Shown in pieces: positions 41,180 through 56,240 of a DNA stretch of 64,000 bases; the first letter of the stretch is position 1; every line of letters starts with the position of its first letter. The notes under the pieces are model-generated. The model was not told the DNA's origin and made no database searches. It saw only the letters and a list, made by a program, of their open reading frames with translations. The position numbers and the translations under genes were made by a program. The stretch lies in NCBI RefSeq assembly GCF_009914755.1, contig NC_060926.1; one strand, 5' to 3'. Origin of the DNA: the human T2T-CHM13v2.0 reference genome, Homo sapiens.

Positions 41180-41400
41180 AAATGAGGAATGCAATCACTG
41201 GATTCAGACTCTGGCAAACCAGCAGGATAACTCTTGGATAAGACAGGAACCTTCCTGGATTTCCATTTCCAAACTCATAAAATGGTCGCAACACCATCCT
41301 AATCCAAAGGGTTGTTGAGAAAGTAAACAAGGATGAAGCATATGGGAGCCCAGGGCTTGGCACGAGAGGACTTCGTATGTGCTGGTGAGTCTGAATCTGA
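41180..41400 (+). mobile_element. MIR
   Basis: CATAAAATGG...AGGGTTGTTGAGA...GCTTGGCAC. Confidence 0.55.
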
Positions 41401-41928
41401 AGAATCATAAAGATTTCCCAGTGCCTGGTTTGTTCAGTTTGGGAAACTCATGTGAAAGGAGAAGAGTTGTTCATATCCTTCCTCATGCATGCACTCACTT
41501 GTTCATTTATTCATTCATTCATCCACTTGGTAAGAATTTATTGAAGGCTTTCTGTGTCAGGTGGCCTGACAGTGAAGATTCACTTTGGTCAGACAAGGAT
41601 TCCTTTGGGTGCTTTTTGGATGCTGTGTCCAACCCCTTGTCAAAATTACTTGGATCATATCTGTAATCTTGCTCCAGAGAAAGGGTGCAACTGAGATGTC
41701 CCTCAGAATCCTGCAGGCCGTACATGACCCTTCCCTTCCTGTGGCCGTGATGACACAGCACACTGTGTGGTGACTGGTGAGCTAGCATTTCTTCTCATGT
41801 TGAATAAAATTCATGGGTAGACAAATTATAATTAATGGTAATAAAAGTAATGCTAAAATTGACTGAGTATTTTCTAATGAATTGCACTTCACATCAATGA
41901 TCTCAATTAATTTCATAAGGTAAGTTTA

Positions 41929-42128
41929 TTTTTTCCCCAGCTTTATTAAGGTATAATTGACCAGTCAGAATGGTATATATTGTTCAGTGCGATGTTTTAA
42001 TACATAGATACCCTGTGGACTGATTAAACCAAGCTGATTAACATATCCATCACCTCACATACTTCTCACTGTGTGTGTGTGTGTGTGTGTGTGTGTGCAT
42101 AAGAACATTTAAGATCTACTCTCTTAGG
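41929..42128 (-). mobile_element. L1MA 3' end inserted in a MIR (host spans ~41850-42260)
   Basis: CAGCTTTATTAAGGTATAATTGAC, AACATATCCATCACCTCACATA, ACATTTAAGATCTACTCTCTTAG; degenerate TSD AGGTAAGTTTA / AGGTACGTCTA. Confidence 0.85.
42070..42097. repeat. (TG)14 microsatellite
   Basis: Perfect dinucleotide run. Confidence 0.95.
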
Positions 42129-43284
42129 AGGTACGTCTAGTTTTTCTTAGTTTATAGTTGAGGAAACTGAGGCTAAAATAGGTTAACTATTTTGGTTAAA
42201 ACCGTACAGGAGCTGTGACGGGAACCCAAGTCTGTGTGAGTGCAACTTCTATTATATTATCTGACAGTGTATTGTAATTCAGTAAAATACTAAGTTAGCA
42301 GGTTGTCCGTGTTTCCATGTGTTTAGAAGGAAATTGTATCTTGATCTCCTTGGTTGGCGTCCGTTTCCTTCTCTGTATCTGCATTCTGTCCATGCATCTT
42401 TCCCAGGGTACTTCACTCTGTTCTCTTGTTCAATTGGCTTAATTCTCTGTATCCCTCCTTAGAATAGGAGCTTATGGAAGGCAGGGGCCACATTGTACAG
42501 TGTCGTATGTCTCAGTGACACTGCTAATGATGTGCCAAATGTACGTATGTATATATGAACTGCAGACTATAAACTTTTCTAGCAACACAGCAAAATCTTT
42601 CTGCTTTTGGTACAACTAAGAACTTTTATATATGACTATATTTTAATTGATATCAAGTTACCTATTCAGGTTTCAAAAATCTCAAAAGCTGTCTCGTCTG
42701 AAAAGGCTTCTGATGCATGATTATGAATTCCTTTATGCTTCTACATCGGGGCCTGTACTGCTCCACTATTTACTTTAAACAATTGTAATTCTGTATCCAC
42801 CTCTTTCCACATGTCTTGAGTCCAGAGCCCTTTAAATTGTATTTGTGTCATTTTATTTTCTTGCTTAGCACCCTTGGCCAAATATATTGGACTCTGTTAC
42901 AGCTTCTCCATCACTTTCTAGAAATGGAATGATAAGAACTCTACCGGGTCATGGTGTCCAGTGGCCAAAACTTGATTCTCAAGCACCTGATACATTTAAG
43001 CCTGTAAAGTCGAGAGAGAAACCATCTAGAGTGTTGTCTGGAAAGTCAGACAAGGTCAGTAAGCAGAGAAACAAACCATTTCTAGCCAGCCTGCCAAGGC
43101 CAGGAGTTTGAAGCGTAGTCCTTGTGTTCTGAACAAGAGAGCGGGAGAGGATAGAGAATCCAGGGCTTCGAACAGAGGAGGCTCGTGTGGATGCCCCAGC
43201 TCCTGACCCTGACAACAGTAATTTTAGGCACACCATGTAACCTCTCTGCTCTGTGCATTTGTTTCAATTTGCTTGCCATTTCTT

Positions 43285-43798
43285 TTTTTTTTTTTTTTAA
43301 ACATGGCTTGATATTTTTTCTTAAAATTTTTTTTGAAACAATTTCAATGTTACAGAAAAGTTTCAGATAAAATACAAAACAATTTTTCTCTAAAACGTTG
43401 TCAAATAATTTGCCAATATTTGAAAGAGCCAAATAATGATGCCCAATGCTATTGGAATATTTTACTGTGTTTTCTACAAACCAAGGCATTCTCTTATAAA
43501 AATACAATCTAGCCATCAAAAAAATTAGCATTAATGAATTGGTATCATCTAAACTTCAGACACCATTCAAGTTTTGCCAATTTTTCCCAATGTATGATTT
43601 ATTGCAAATGGATTCAGTTCGGAAATACCTGTTGTGTCTAGCTCTGTCTTCTTCAACTGGGAACAGTTCTGAAGTCGTTCCTTCACCTCCCACACTTTGA
43701 GACTTGGAAGTTCGCAGGAGAGAGATTTGATTGAAGGTCCTTCAGCTGGGTTTGTCTGATCTTTTCTCATGATTGGATTCATGTTATGCAGTCTTCGG
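43285..43798 (-). mobile_element. L1MC4/5-like 3' fragment
   Basis: TTACAGAAAAGTT, AAGGCATTCTCTTA, CCATTCAAGTTTTGCCAAT, GGGTTTGTCTGAT...CTCATGATTGGATTCA. Confidence 0.75.
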
Positions 43799-44230
43799 CA
43801 GGCCCAATGACTACCTAGTTTGCAGGGCTTGTTGCAAATGTGGGGAATCCTTGTTCAAAAACGAGGGAAAAATGTGCTGGTAAAGGCACTGGAATATAAA
43901 GCTTTTTGTTTTTTTCCACTGTCTCTGTCTGTCATGGTGTTTATTATTTGTTATTTAACATCACATTCCCTCTGACTCCTGGATACTTGTGGTGTGAGAG
44001 GAGATACTACAGTCTCCTAGAGGTACCACCGTGCAACTTAGGGCACTGCCATGCCTATCTCCAGCTACCAGCCACACCTCTTGCCTTCCCACCAGCCCGG
44101 CATCCCGTTCCACAGTGTACAGATGAGCCCCCAAGGGTGATTCTGCACTGGGTACCTGAATCAGGGATGGGCGAGAGGCTTCGTGTCCACTGAATTGTCG
44201 CCAAATGCCCCATAGCATTGCCCGGGTTTG
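43799..44230 (-). mobile_element. Second MER45-family element, one terminus visible
   Basis: CAGGCCC...CTACCTAGTTTGCAGGGC...CCTTGTTCAAAAA; the following ~100 bp resembles 3630-3740. Confidence 0.6.
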
Positions 44231-44871
44231 AGCGCATAGTAGGCATTCAATAAATACTGGCTTTCTTCCATAGAGCACGTAGAGCTGGAAGGTATCTAAG
44301 ATCTTCACAAGCCCAAACTTCCCCCTGTAGAAAGTGGGAGTTGAGGCCCAAGGAGGTGAAATGAGTTGCAGATCTGGAGCTCCCGACTCCAGGTCGGTAA
44401 TGCTGAGTTCTATTCTCTGCCTTTCTCAGGTGCTGGTTCTCTGGTGCTGGGAGTGAAAATAAAAATGGTGTACCACAGGCCATAGATGAGACACTTGAGC
44501 CTCCTACATAGACATTCCTGCAACACAACTATTCATCACTTGTTCAGCTAACACCCCTGCTGTGTTAGGACACGGAGCATCCAAACACGTGAGCGTGTGT
44601 CCTGCTCACAATCTATCAGTGAGAGAGAAAGGAACTCATAATGACTTCGGCTAGGCATTTATGATTTTACTTTTAGTTTTTCTGGCAGTCACGGAAGTGT
44701 TTCTATATTTATTATCATTACAACTCTACAGGGCAGGTTTTGCTAACCGGTTTTACAGTGGGAAACCTATGGCTTTAGAGATTTAGGCAAGGTACACGTA
44801 GAAAATGTCAGAGCTGGTGGGGTGGAGGGTGGAAGTCTGCCTGGTTCTGCCTCGAGGGCTTGTACCGGCTA

Positions 44872-45646
<775 letters not shown>

Positions 45647-46564
45647 TTAATTCAACCCTGATTAAACTTTTTCTTTCAGAAGGAGGAAATTGAAAGTGTG
45701 AAACACCAGTGGGAGGAAAAGGTTCCTGTAACAAATGTGGTTATCAATGGGAAAGAAGCTTTCTAGAGCTTATATACGGGGCCGAGTCATGCACACTTCA
45801 TCATACTCACCAGGTGGGACTTGGAGAACAACCTATGTCTTATATAGTCAGCTGAACTCCAGCGTTCTTTCCAGAGAGGAATTTTAAGAGGTTAATTTTG
45901 ATTTTAGTTATCATGTAACATTTCCCTTGGCCCTCCATGCTATGCTTGTCTTTGCTGGGAACCTCGCTGTTTCCTCTGTCCTTTGAAATCATAATTGTTT
46001 GGTTACCTCGTCTTCTTCCTCACTAGTCAGAGCCCCTCAAAGGCAGGGATAATGATGTAAGTACCTTTATATCCTCTAACTGAGAATAGTGCCTGGCATG
46101 GAGAAAAAACCCAATACATGTTTGACCAACCAATGACCGATGGGGCTGATCAACTTAAAAAGCTTTTGTGTTTTCATTTACCAACATCCCTATATGCTCC
46201 AAAACAACTTATTCATTTCTTGGTGTGAGAGCAAAATGCTTTAGCAAAGTACTTTGAGGGGAAGTGGAAATGGAGGTTAAGAAAAAAAGACCAACCCACT
46301 GGGAATAATAAAATGCAAACTTATATCTCCTGGATTTCAGAATGAAAGGTGGAGTTTCAGATCCCATTTCCCATATGAAATTCTTGGCTTGCTTTTTCTA
46401 ATAGTCAGGCTAAAAAGGAACTTTTCACAAAGGAGGTATTTTTCTTCTTGGCCTGGAAAATCGATTCCAATGTTAATCTCGCTCCTTGGAATGTCCTCCC
46501 CCACCCTTTTCCACCTAGCAAAATACTCGTCTTTCACAGCCCAGCTCAGATGTCAGCTCTTCAA

Positions 46565-46800
46565 ATAATAATAATCATTGCTAATATCTGTCATGCATTA
46601 ACTCTAGGATAGGGGCTGTGCTAAGTGTTTTATAGAAATTATTTTACTTGCTGTTCACAAATCCCCATCAAATCAGGACTATGATTTATCATAAACTTAC
46701 AGATGAGGAAGCTGAGGCCTGTAAGGTGGTGTAATTGCCCAAACTCGAGCTTGGATTTGAATGTGGGAACCTTAACTTCAGTTGTGCTTTAACCATGAGG
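46565..46800 (-). mobile_element. MIR inserted in a plus-strand L2 (host spans ~46470-47180)
   Basis: TTACAGATGAGGAAGCTGAGGC core; L2 sequence CAGCTCAGATGTCAGCTCTTC before and TGAAGCCTTC after. Confidence 0.7.
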
Positions 46801-47847
46801 ACACTGCTCCCTCTGAAGCCTTCTGCAACTTTCTCTAGCCCTGCCCTTTGTGGAGATCCAGCACTGGCCCTGGCCGACACGTAATCCACACACTCTCAGG
46901 GGACCACCACAGCCTCTTTTCCCCCTGGCTCCAAGCTCAGCACTAGTGAACATACCTTAAGCACCAATGCCAGGTCGATCTTCTTTGCATGCTGAACTCC
47001 CCAGCCTTGAGGTTGCTGCCCTTATAGTTTCCTTTGCTCCATTCTCTGCTGGGCCTCTGCCCATCTGACATCGTACACATTCTGGTATTTACTTTTCTCA
47101 GCCTGGCTCTGCATCAAGAAAGCAGCCTCCTGTCTCGTGTTCTCTTCCTAACATAGCATCAAGGGTGGAACACACACATACTCAGCACTGCATTAAGAGC
47201 AGAGATGGGTGGACTTTACTTTTCCTCAATTCTTTGGAAGTCATATTCCAACACAGTATTTTCATGCATTCTGTCAAAACACTGATGTAGAACTGCAGGG
47301 AGTTAGAGCTCATGGTAGCATTCAGGGGTAATTCTTCTGCCCAACCCTAACTTTTCTGACAAATAATTGCTTATTAGTCCAGATAAGGGTTGAGGGTTCA
47401 TTTTCCTTTTCTTAAACCACATTTTCTTCGTAAGAGACTCTTCTTCTAGATGGTCTCACAATAGATATATTTGAGATTCTCAGGAATAAATGCATCAGCA
47501 CATTAATCGTATTTGACCAAAATGCTCCTCAGGACACCATCATGAGACATAGACAGGCAAAGCAAGAGAAAAGTCACCCTGGGCTCTGTTTTGCTGTCTC
47601 CATTGAAGACAAATATTAAGCATCCCTGAAATTCATGTCAAATTTTACCATATTGAGAAATAAATGGATAAAAGGGTACTCTTTTCAATAAATATAACCG
47701 TATAACTTGCACAATCACACGTACTTGAATTTTCCCATCTCAAATGCATTATATAAGCCGATCTTTTTTTCCTGTACATACTCATGCCACAGAAGACAAC
47801 ACAGAAGAACCATAAGACAGTGACAATGGTTAAGAAAACTGATACTT

Positions 47848-48201
<354 letters not shown>

Positions 48202-48589
48202 TTAAACTTCCCATTTAAGTCTCAGAGTTTTTATTGGAAAAGTGGAATTAGTAATAATAATATCTATTTTATTGGGTGCTTGTAAAGATTGAATGATTTA
48301 ACGTGCTCAGTATCTTATTATCACTACTAATACATGTTAGCCATTATTATGACTTAGTAGAGTTAGCACTGGATTGGGAGAAAGAAGACCTAAGTCTTAT
48401 CTCTGCTACTCACCAGCCAGGTGGTCTTAAATCAATCAAGCTGGACCTAAAAGCTCTCCACAATCTGGGGCCTGCTGGCGGGTCCGGTTTCATGCTGAGC
48501 TCTTGTCTACAGCACACTTGGTTTTCCAGCAACTCAAGCTGTTTCTAGTTTATCACTCTTGCCCCTGGTCCACGTCTACCCTCCTCTGG

Positions 48590-48864
48590 GGCCCCAGCCA
48601 TGCTCACACCAGTGTGGGCTTGTTTGCATGCATCAACTTCATGCTTTGCATGTCTGTGTCCAAATTCCACCTTTGTATAAGGACACCAGTCCCATAGATG
48701 GGATGAGGACCCACCCTAATGACCTTGCTTTTGCTTGTTTACCTCTGTAAAGACTCTGTTTCCAAATATGGTCACATTCTGATGTGCTGAGCTTTAGGAC
48801 CTCAGCATATGGATTTTGCTAGGGGTTGGGGTGGGTGGGGATGGACACAATTCAACTCATGACA
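48590..48864 (-). mobile_element. MLT1 (A/B/C-like) LTR, 5' part
   Basis: TATAAGGACACCAGTC, CCCACCCTAATGACCT, TTTCCAAATATGGTCACATTCTGA, GACACAATTCAACTCATGACA. Confidence 0.82.
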
Positions 48865-51379
48865 TTTGGGGACTACACAGACTTGGGGTTTGTAGCCTTT
48901 GTCTGGGATAGTGTTGGTGTTTTTATTATTTATACTGTTCCCCACCCCACCAGTGAGATTTCATTCCTCATGAATTTACAGAGAGGCACATGGCTTACAT
49001 TTCCTGAATTCTAACTCTCTTTTTTGCTGCTGCAAAGCTGTTATTCTCTTTGGTTTCTCCTTTCATCAACCTGGCTGCCAACCAATGTCTAAAAAAAAAA
49101 AAACATCCCCACACTGCAAGCTGAGTTCCTGCCTCGGGTCGATGTGGGTTTATTGATATTCCAGCATGGTTTGCTTCACGATTTATGCTCTGCAGTTTGT
49201 GAACCACAGACCCAAGAGGAAAAGAGATAGTGAAAGAGGGGATTTTTCGATCACTTTATATGCAGTAAGTGAATCTCAATTTCCTGCCATGTTATTTCAG
49301 AGTCCTTAAATATCCTTTTCTCTGCCTGGACATTAGAAACTACAAAAGCTCTACATTCTTTAGGATGAAATATGAGTTCTGTAAGATCTATAATCAGAGC
49401 GACCTCTTAACAGTGCCATGGTACCTGGGAGCATATACATCCCTGTGACGTGGAGTGAAGGGAGGATGCCTGTTCTGGGATCTGAAATGATATGAACATC
49501 TGCAGGTCTATGAGAGATCTCATTATCCCTGTATCTCAAGGGCAGGAACCATACTATCACCTGCTTCCTCACTTCCCTTAGTGTATGTGCAAACTGAAAA
49601 ACAGTGAAAGAATTGAACACGGTCAATGAGAATGCTGCTATCTGTTTAGAGCAGGACTCTTAAAACAGTGCAAACCATGGCAGGGGTAATGAACTCCGTA
49701 CGCATGTTTAGAATAGGAAAAAGCACACAGTGTCAGAGCCAGAGGAAGCCTTAGGAATTATTTGATATGAGAGAAAACGAAGGCCCACCACACTGTTTTT
49801 AAGTGCATGCTGGTTTCATAGTAAAAAAAAAAAAAAAAAGCAAAAACAAACAAACCACAAAAAACACAAAGCAAAACCAAAAAACAGGCTATTATTGGTA
49901 ATGAATAAAATAGTGTTTAACATTCTATTTCTGGTAAAGCATAGAAATCATTTTAGGTGGTTTGCACAAACAGGGAGAGCAACAGAGAGGAAAAGGGAAA
50001 AGGAGGGTAGAGGATGACACTAGAGTCTCTGGGCCCACTAAATACAGCCCATTTGCTACATGAGCCTCTCAAGGGGTTGATTTAAATATTGAGAACACAT
50101 GAGAAGGAAAATGTGACGTTGCCAAAGGGTTCTGCTCTGGGAGCTACAGGTAGTTCATTTCTAAGCCTTGAGGTTTGTACAGAAATACTTATGTGATGCA
50201 TAGCTCTTTAGAGATTTTTCTGGCTCTCACACAGTCCTATGAGGTGGGTGATGGGGGAGGATCAGGGAGGCTGATTTATTCCTGTTGTAAAGAGCACAGG
50301 TTTGGAGTCTGAGGTTCAGGTTCAGCTGGCTTTGTGGCTTTCCACTGGTAAACCCCAGGCAGGTTATGAAGGAGTCCCAGGCACGACTGGAACTCAGGGC
50401 TCTTCGGCACCAGGGTAGGGCTGTGTTTCCCTTGCCTTCTCCTTTTCCTCCTGACTGGGCCACGGGTTTTCTTAGGTCAGCTCTGTCCTGTGAATTCCTT
50501 GATGTTGGGAGCTCCGTCTTATTTTTCTCTGGTTTTGCCTGGTGACGTGCTAAGTAGGTTAACAGAGAAATTGTACAACCTGAAGAACATCCTCCAAATT
50601 ATTAATTTTTAATCTGCCTCATTTAGGATGCTCTTATATTTGTAACCAGAAATCAAAGACCATGTTCTTCAGCTGATTACTCATCATCACTCAGCTGACT
50701 TCTTCCAAGGGCAATTTCTTCTCTGTTTTCTTCCTTTCACAGTGATTTATTATATACCTGTAAGTGCTGTGCACCCGTGATGGTGGCCCAGGCTATGAGT
50801 TCCAATCTAGTCTGCAGTATTCCACCTAAATTCACCTGATCAAACCATGCCACATCCCGAAATAAAACTCCTCAGTAGCTTCTCCACTGGGAAAGTTAAA
50901 GCCCAAGCTTCATGACAAAACAAAGTCAACAGGCCATTGACACCAGGACTGCTAGGGGAGCTGAAGTGGGGAAAAAGTTGGAGATGGGGCAAGGGCAGGT
51001 CGTGGAGACCCGGGTGTGCCAGGCTAAGCAAGGATATGGTCTTGAGAGCAAACGAGTCTGTAAAGAAAGGAGTTGGCCTAATAATCTTGAAATACTCCAT
51101 ATGCTGCACACTATGGGATTTGATCCATGTTAAAAGCTTAACATCATTATACTCAGGACAACTGCCATGGGTCGAGTTGTTACTACAGTCCCACTTTCTG
51201 CAAACTTCAATTCAGTTGTTCCATTGCAGCATTGTGATGGGTGCTGGAAAACACCAAAGGGATACGTGACATGATTCCAGTCTTCTAGCAACATACAATC
51301 ATGGCAATTATAAGGTCTGCCATTATTGCTTTAAATATTGATTTATTTGAAATGTATTTATTGCATACTGTATGGCTTT

Positions 51380-51600
51380 GGGTTGTAATCATATTATCAT
51401 TGATGCTGAAGTCAGACAATAGGGATTCAAATCCTAAGTATGACACTTACTGTGTGACTTTAAGCAAGTCACTGATGCCCTGTTTTCGCATTTGTAAAGT
51501 GGGGATGGTAAATATCCCCCAAGAGGCAATGCCTGTAAAGAGCACAGGAGAGTTCTGGGCCCTTGACAAGCACTCAGAAATTGCTTTCTTGCATTATTCT
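51380..51600 (+). mobile_element. MIR
   Basis: GATTCAAATCC...CACTTACTGTGTGACTTTAAGCAAGTCAC...TGTAAAGTGGGGAT. Confidence 0.75.
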
Positions 51601-51739
51601 GTTATGATGTATGGTGTTGGAGGTGACAGAATGTCAGGCAGACATGGTTGACATCATCAAAGGACAGCAAGTAATGAATGAATGACTATACAGAACAATT
51701 CCTATTGAAATTGGCGCTGCAAAAGAATTGGCAATGTTC

Positions 51740-52700
51740 TAGACATCGCTCTAGAGAACAATGAGGCAGATTCTACTTCAGTAAGAATGGGGTGGCATGG
51801 GGGAAGCCCTTTCAGGAAAGGTGATATTTAATCTCCCATTTGACCGATGAGAAGAGTTGGCCACTGGAAATGCCAGGGAGAGAGATTCCCAGCTGAGGGA
51901 CCAGCAAGCAACAAGCCTTTGAGGCAGGAGGAAGCTTGGCATGTTCTAGGAACCAGCAGAGGCTAAATGTGCCTGGGGCTTCGTGAGCAGAAGGCCAAGG
52001 TAGCAGGAGATGAAGCTGGGAAGGACGCAGGGACAGATCGTGCTGGGCCTTGTGGGCCCCAGTCAGGAGTTTGGATGTTATTTCAAGTGGGAGAGTCAAA
52101 GAAGCAAAGTGACATGATGTGATTTGCATGGCTTTGCTTAATGTGTGCAAATGGTCAAGCTGATGTCTTCCAGGCCCTCTGAATGAAGTAGTGGGTGTGC
52201 AGTTTTCAAAAGGAGAAGGCAAAACTGCAAGCCCTGGCAGTCAATGGGGATATACTTATTGGGAATGAAAATTTCTTCATTTGTGGAAATATTACAAAGA
52301 AATAAGAACCTGCCCTTGGGAGCACCTGGCAAACATTCTCACTTCTGAAGGGCAGACACACAGCCATGGTTGGCTGCTTTTGGCAGGGCATAAATTAATT
52401 CTAAGTGCATGCACAGGGAGAATCTAGTTTGCTATTTAGTATGCCAGGCCCTGAGCTGGGCTAAGGACACAAAGATAAACCAGACACAGAGAGTGCCCTG
52501 CACTTAAGGAGCTCACTCCTCTGCTGTAGGAGACTGACTTATGGCAGATCATTAGCATGTGGCAGGAAAGGTGGCCGCATGGAGGGGAGTAGCTGAAAGA
52601 TAATATGTTGGCACAGAGAAGGGAGAAGCCTGTTCTCTGGGGAACACAGGAAAGGCATGACAAAGAGGTAATGAAGGAAGGTCACCTCCTCTGGGCATCT
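51740..52700 (-). mobile_element. L2 fragments (two blocks)
   Basis: GAGGCAGGAGGAAGCTTGGCATGTTCTAGGAAC, GGGCCTTGTGGGCC; TATGCCAGGCCCTGAGCTGGG...AAGGAGCTCAC. Confidence 0.7.
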
Positions 52701-53294
52701 CTCACCTCCATTTATCTGGGCAAATGGCTTTGCCCTCTGTTCCATTTCCTCAGAGTCTAGTTTTCTTCCCAGGTGAGAAAGTGCTAATTTGAGACACTGA
52801 CCCATGTTGTGAAGGAAAATGGGCTCTGAGAATATCATGTCTTCTCCCTCCCAAATGGAAAATTTCAGTCTGAATTGGGGCTACTTATAGGGGAAGTTCT
52901 TAGCTGAAAGATGAAAAAATTTTACTATTGAGAATTTTTTATGTATAGTCAAAAAATAGTCATGAAAGGTAAGATGAAAAGATGTTATCAGACATAAATG
53001 CTTCTTACAAATGTTGCTTTTACATTCACATAGCATAATTTATCAGGAATACATTTATTAATCTCATGTATCATTTGCATACCATTAATTAGCCAACATT
53101 TATTGAGTGCTTGTTATAGATTAGGCATTGTGCTGATTGTGGGGGTTCCAACACAAATCAGACATCATCTCCACCCTTGAGGACCTCACAGTTCTAGGGT
53201 TAATCAGATAAATAAACATGTCGTGTTGAAGAGGAAGTCAGCACATTCTGTATGTCCCTTAAAACTAAGACCAACAAATCCAGATTGCCAGCAG

Positions 53295-53410
53295 ATGGAT
53301 TTCAACTCAGCATTAAGAACAATCGTCCAACAGTTGAGCTGGTCAAGAGTCGAGAGAATGTTGCTACCTCCATACAGGCTCCCTTCTCCCAAGATGGGAA
53401 GCATAAGGCA
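53295..53410 (+). mobile_element. Possible CR1/L3 fragment
   Basis: GATTTCAACTCAGCATTAAGAACAA...GAGCTG resembles the L3 3' region. Confidence 0.35.
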
Positions 53411-54594
53411 AATGTCAGCTCCTGGTAGAGCTGGACCTTGTGGAGGAGCCTCTAGGAGGAAACCATCAGCAGCACATGAAGGGAAGCCCAGTGGCCACTG
53501 GCCTTGCAGTCCTGTGATTCTCAGATTTGATGACATCTATTCTGAATAGCTGCTGTGCTGGAGAAATTTCACCTGCAAACCCAGCCAAGCCAAGACCAAG
53601 CCTTGGTATAGGCAAGAAGAAGACTCCTTGACATTCAGAAGATGAGGTTGGGTGACCCTTAAATGAAAGATGGGCAGGTACTTACAGCCCTGGGACGCTT
53701 TGGGGCTTGCTGGACACCTTTGCCCCATGAAGATCTTCATGCATGGGTGAGATACACCCATAAATTTGGGGAATCCTTTAAGGATCTGATGAAACATGAA
53801 CCCAGCTAGAAGCCACATGGCTCATACATATCATTCATATATGTATGAGAGTACAATGAATGCAGAATAGAGACATGCCTAGGGAGGTCTTGGCAGAAAG
53901 CCCTACTGTAGCTTCTGAATATGCCTTGGGGATCAAGCTCAGGACTTTGCTATCAATCAGAAGGTTTCCCATGATTAGCTTCTACTTCTCTACCCTGTTT
54001 TGCACTTTCCCTCTGCTCCCACCCACCCTTTATGCTCTGCCCATAAGGAAGTGCTGCCTGTGTCCTACCTCCACCCAATCCACTAAGAAGGAGCTCCTTC
54101 AGGGCAGGGAGCAAGTTCATGCATCTTTGCCACTCTCACAGTACCTGGAATAGCAATGGACAGAATGAGCATCAAAAAATGTTTACATTTTTTGCAAAGA
54201 CAGGTCTCATCTTGTCTTTTAGCTATGGGTAGGGTTGTGGATGGGAAATGCATTTTTTGAGGTGGTTCATTTCACTATTTTACCACTGAGGATCACACTG
54301 TCTGTTGAAATCAGAGATGACCTACATTTCCTCTTAATGGACTGGGGGCTGTGTAGTAGCACTGGGCCTTTCCTCTAATGGGGAGAGTAACCACTGCTAT
54401 TTACTGCAGTCGTGGTGCCATGAACCCAAGTACCTAAGCCATTCCCATAACGGCTGTGTTGCTCACAAGCTCCTTGGGAAAAGGGTTCCCAGGATGGAAA
54501 TCCTTAGGAGTTCAGAGGTGCCTGGAATTCAGGGAAGATCCTTCCCTGGACTGAATGGAGCAACAGTTTTCTGGGGTTCTTTTGCTGGAAGTAA

Positions 54595-54971
<377 letters not shown>

Positions 54972-55459
54972 TCAAAACAACACCAAGGAAGCCATTGCTT
55001 TACAAAGTCTCGTGTTGAATGAATCCAGTGGATGTTTCAAGAGGGCTTTAGAGACCCCATTACATGATGGCAAACTTCAGCCACAAGTTGGTTTAGGACC
55101 CAACTCTGCCACTTAGTAGTTGTGTGGTTTGGGACAATGCCTGTGCTTTGTGAACTGCAAAGTGGCCTCACCCCCAGCTTCTGCATCAGGTGGTGGTGAG
55201 GCCTCCAGGAGGTGCTATGCAAAGTGCCCAGACCTGGAGGTGGTCACGGATGGGCACAGGTGCTGTGCTGTCTCCCTCCTCCACCCCCTCCCCCCTCACT
55301 TCACCACACAGGTCTAAAAGAGAGTTTCATTGAAACTCTGGGTTAAGAAAGGGATTCTTACGTATTGAAGGTTTAACGAGGATTCTTTGTGATAATGTAA
55401 GTCCTTTTTCAGCATGTGAGAAGTCATTTCAATATTAATAGCAGTTCACTTTTGCGTGT

Positions 55460-56240
55460 GTGTTTCACAGTTTACAAGGTGCTTTCCTAATTCTCAATTA
55501 ATTTACTCTTCAGGGTAATTCGCTGAGAAACAGATGGAAGAAGGTGGGGCCGGGGGAGGCACGTGGGGACTAAGGGACTCTCTTACATGTTGCAGGGAGC
55601 TGGCACTCAGCCTTAGGAAGGTCTCTGCCATCAGACAGTGTTTTGGAATCGGGGCATCTCTAGTTCAAGACCTTAGCCCACTTTTGCTTATTTGTGTGTT
55701 CCTTAGAATTCAAATCCTCCCAATCACCTTTCCTCATTTGTAAAATTGCTGTATTATGAGGATTTAAAAAGTATGTCAATTCATTTCTTTAGTTCCAGAG
55801 AAATTTAAGTTGTTGATTAACCAAATAATGCATATAAAGCATCCAGTACCTAGGAGCACTCAATAAATGAGAGCTGGTTTTACTTTTTGCTTTATTGAGC
55901 CCCTAGAAGTTTCAGACACTCTGCTTTATATCTGAGCTCTGCTCAGTAAATGGTTACCTCCCCATTTTCCAAAAAAAAAAAAAAAAAAAAGAGGCTGAGA
56001 CTTAATCAACATCACCAGCTAGTGATAGCTGTGATTGCAATCAAGTAAAGTACTTTTCCTCCATAGTCAAAAGTTTTTCATTGATAAAAATGTAATTTAG
56101 AATTGGAAAAAGGTTTTTGAGACTATCAAATCTAACTCAATAGGGAAACTGAGGTCCAGGAAAGGGAATGGCTTGTGCAAGGTCACAGGTGCGTTAACAT
56201 ATGCCAGAGGCTAGAATCATATGACTCCTTCCCCAGTTCT
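55460..56240. mobile_element. Cluster of MIR fragments on both strands, with A20 at 55971-55990
   Basis: TTTCCTCATTTGTAAAAT (plus); GGGAAACTGAGGTCCAG...CAAGGTCACA (minus). Confidence 0.6.
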
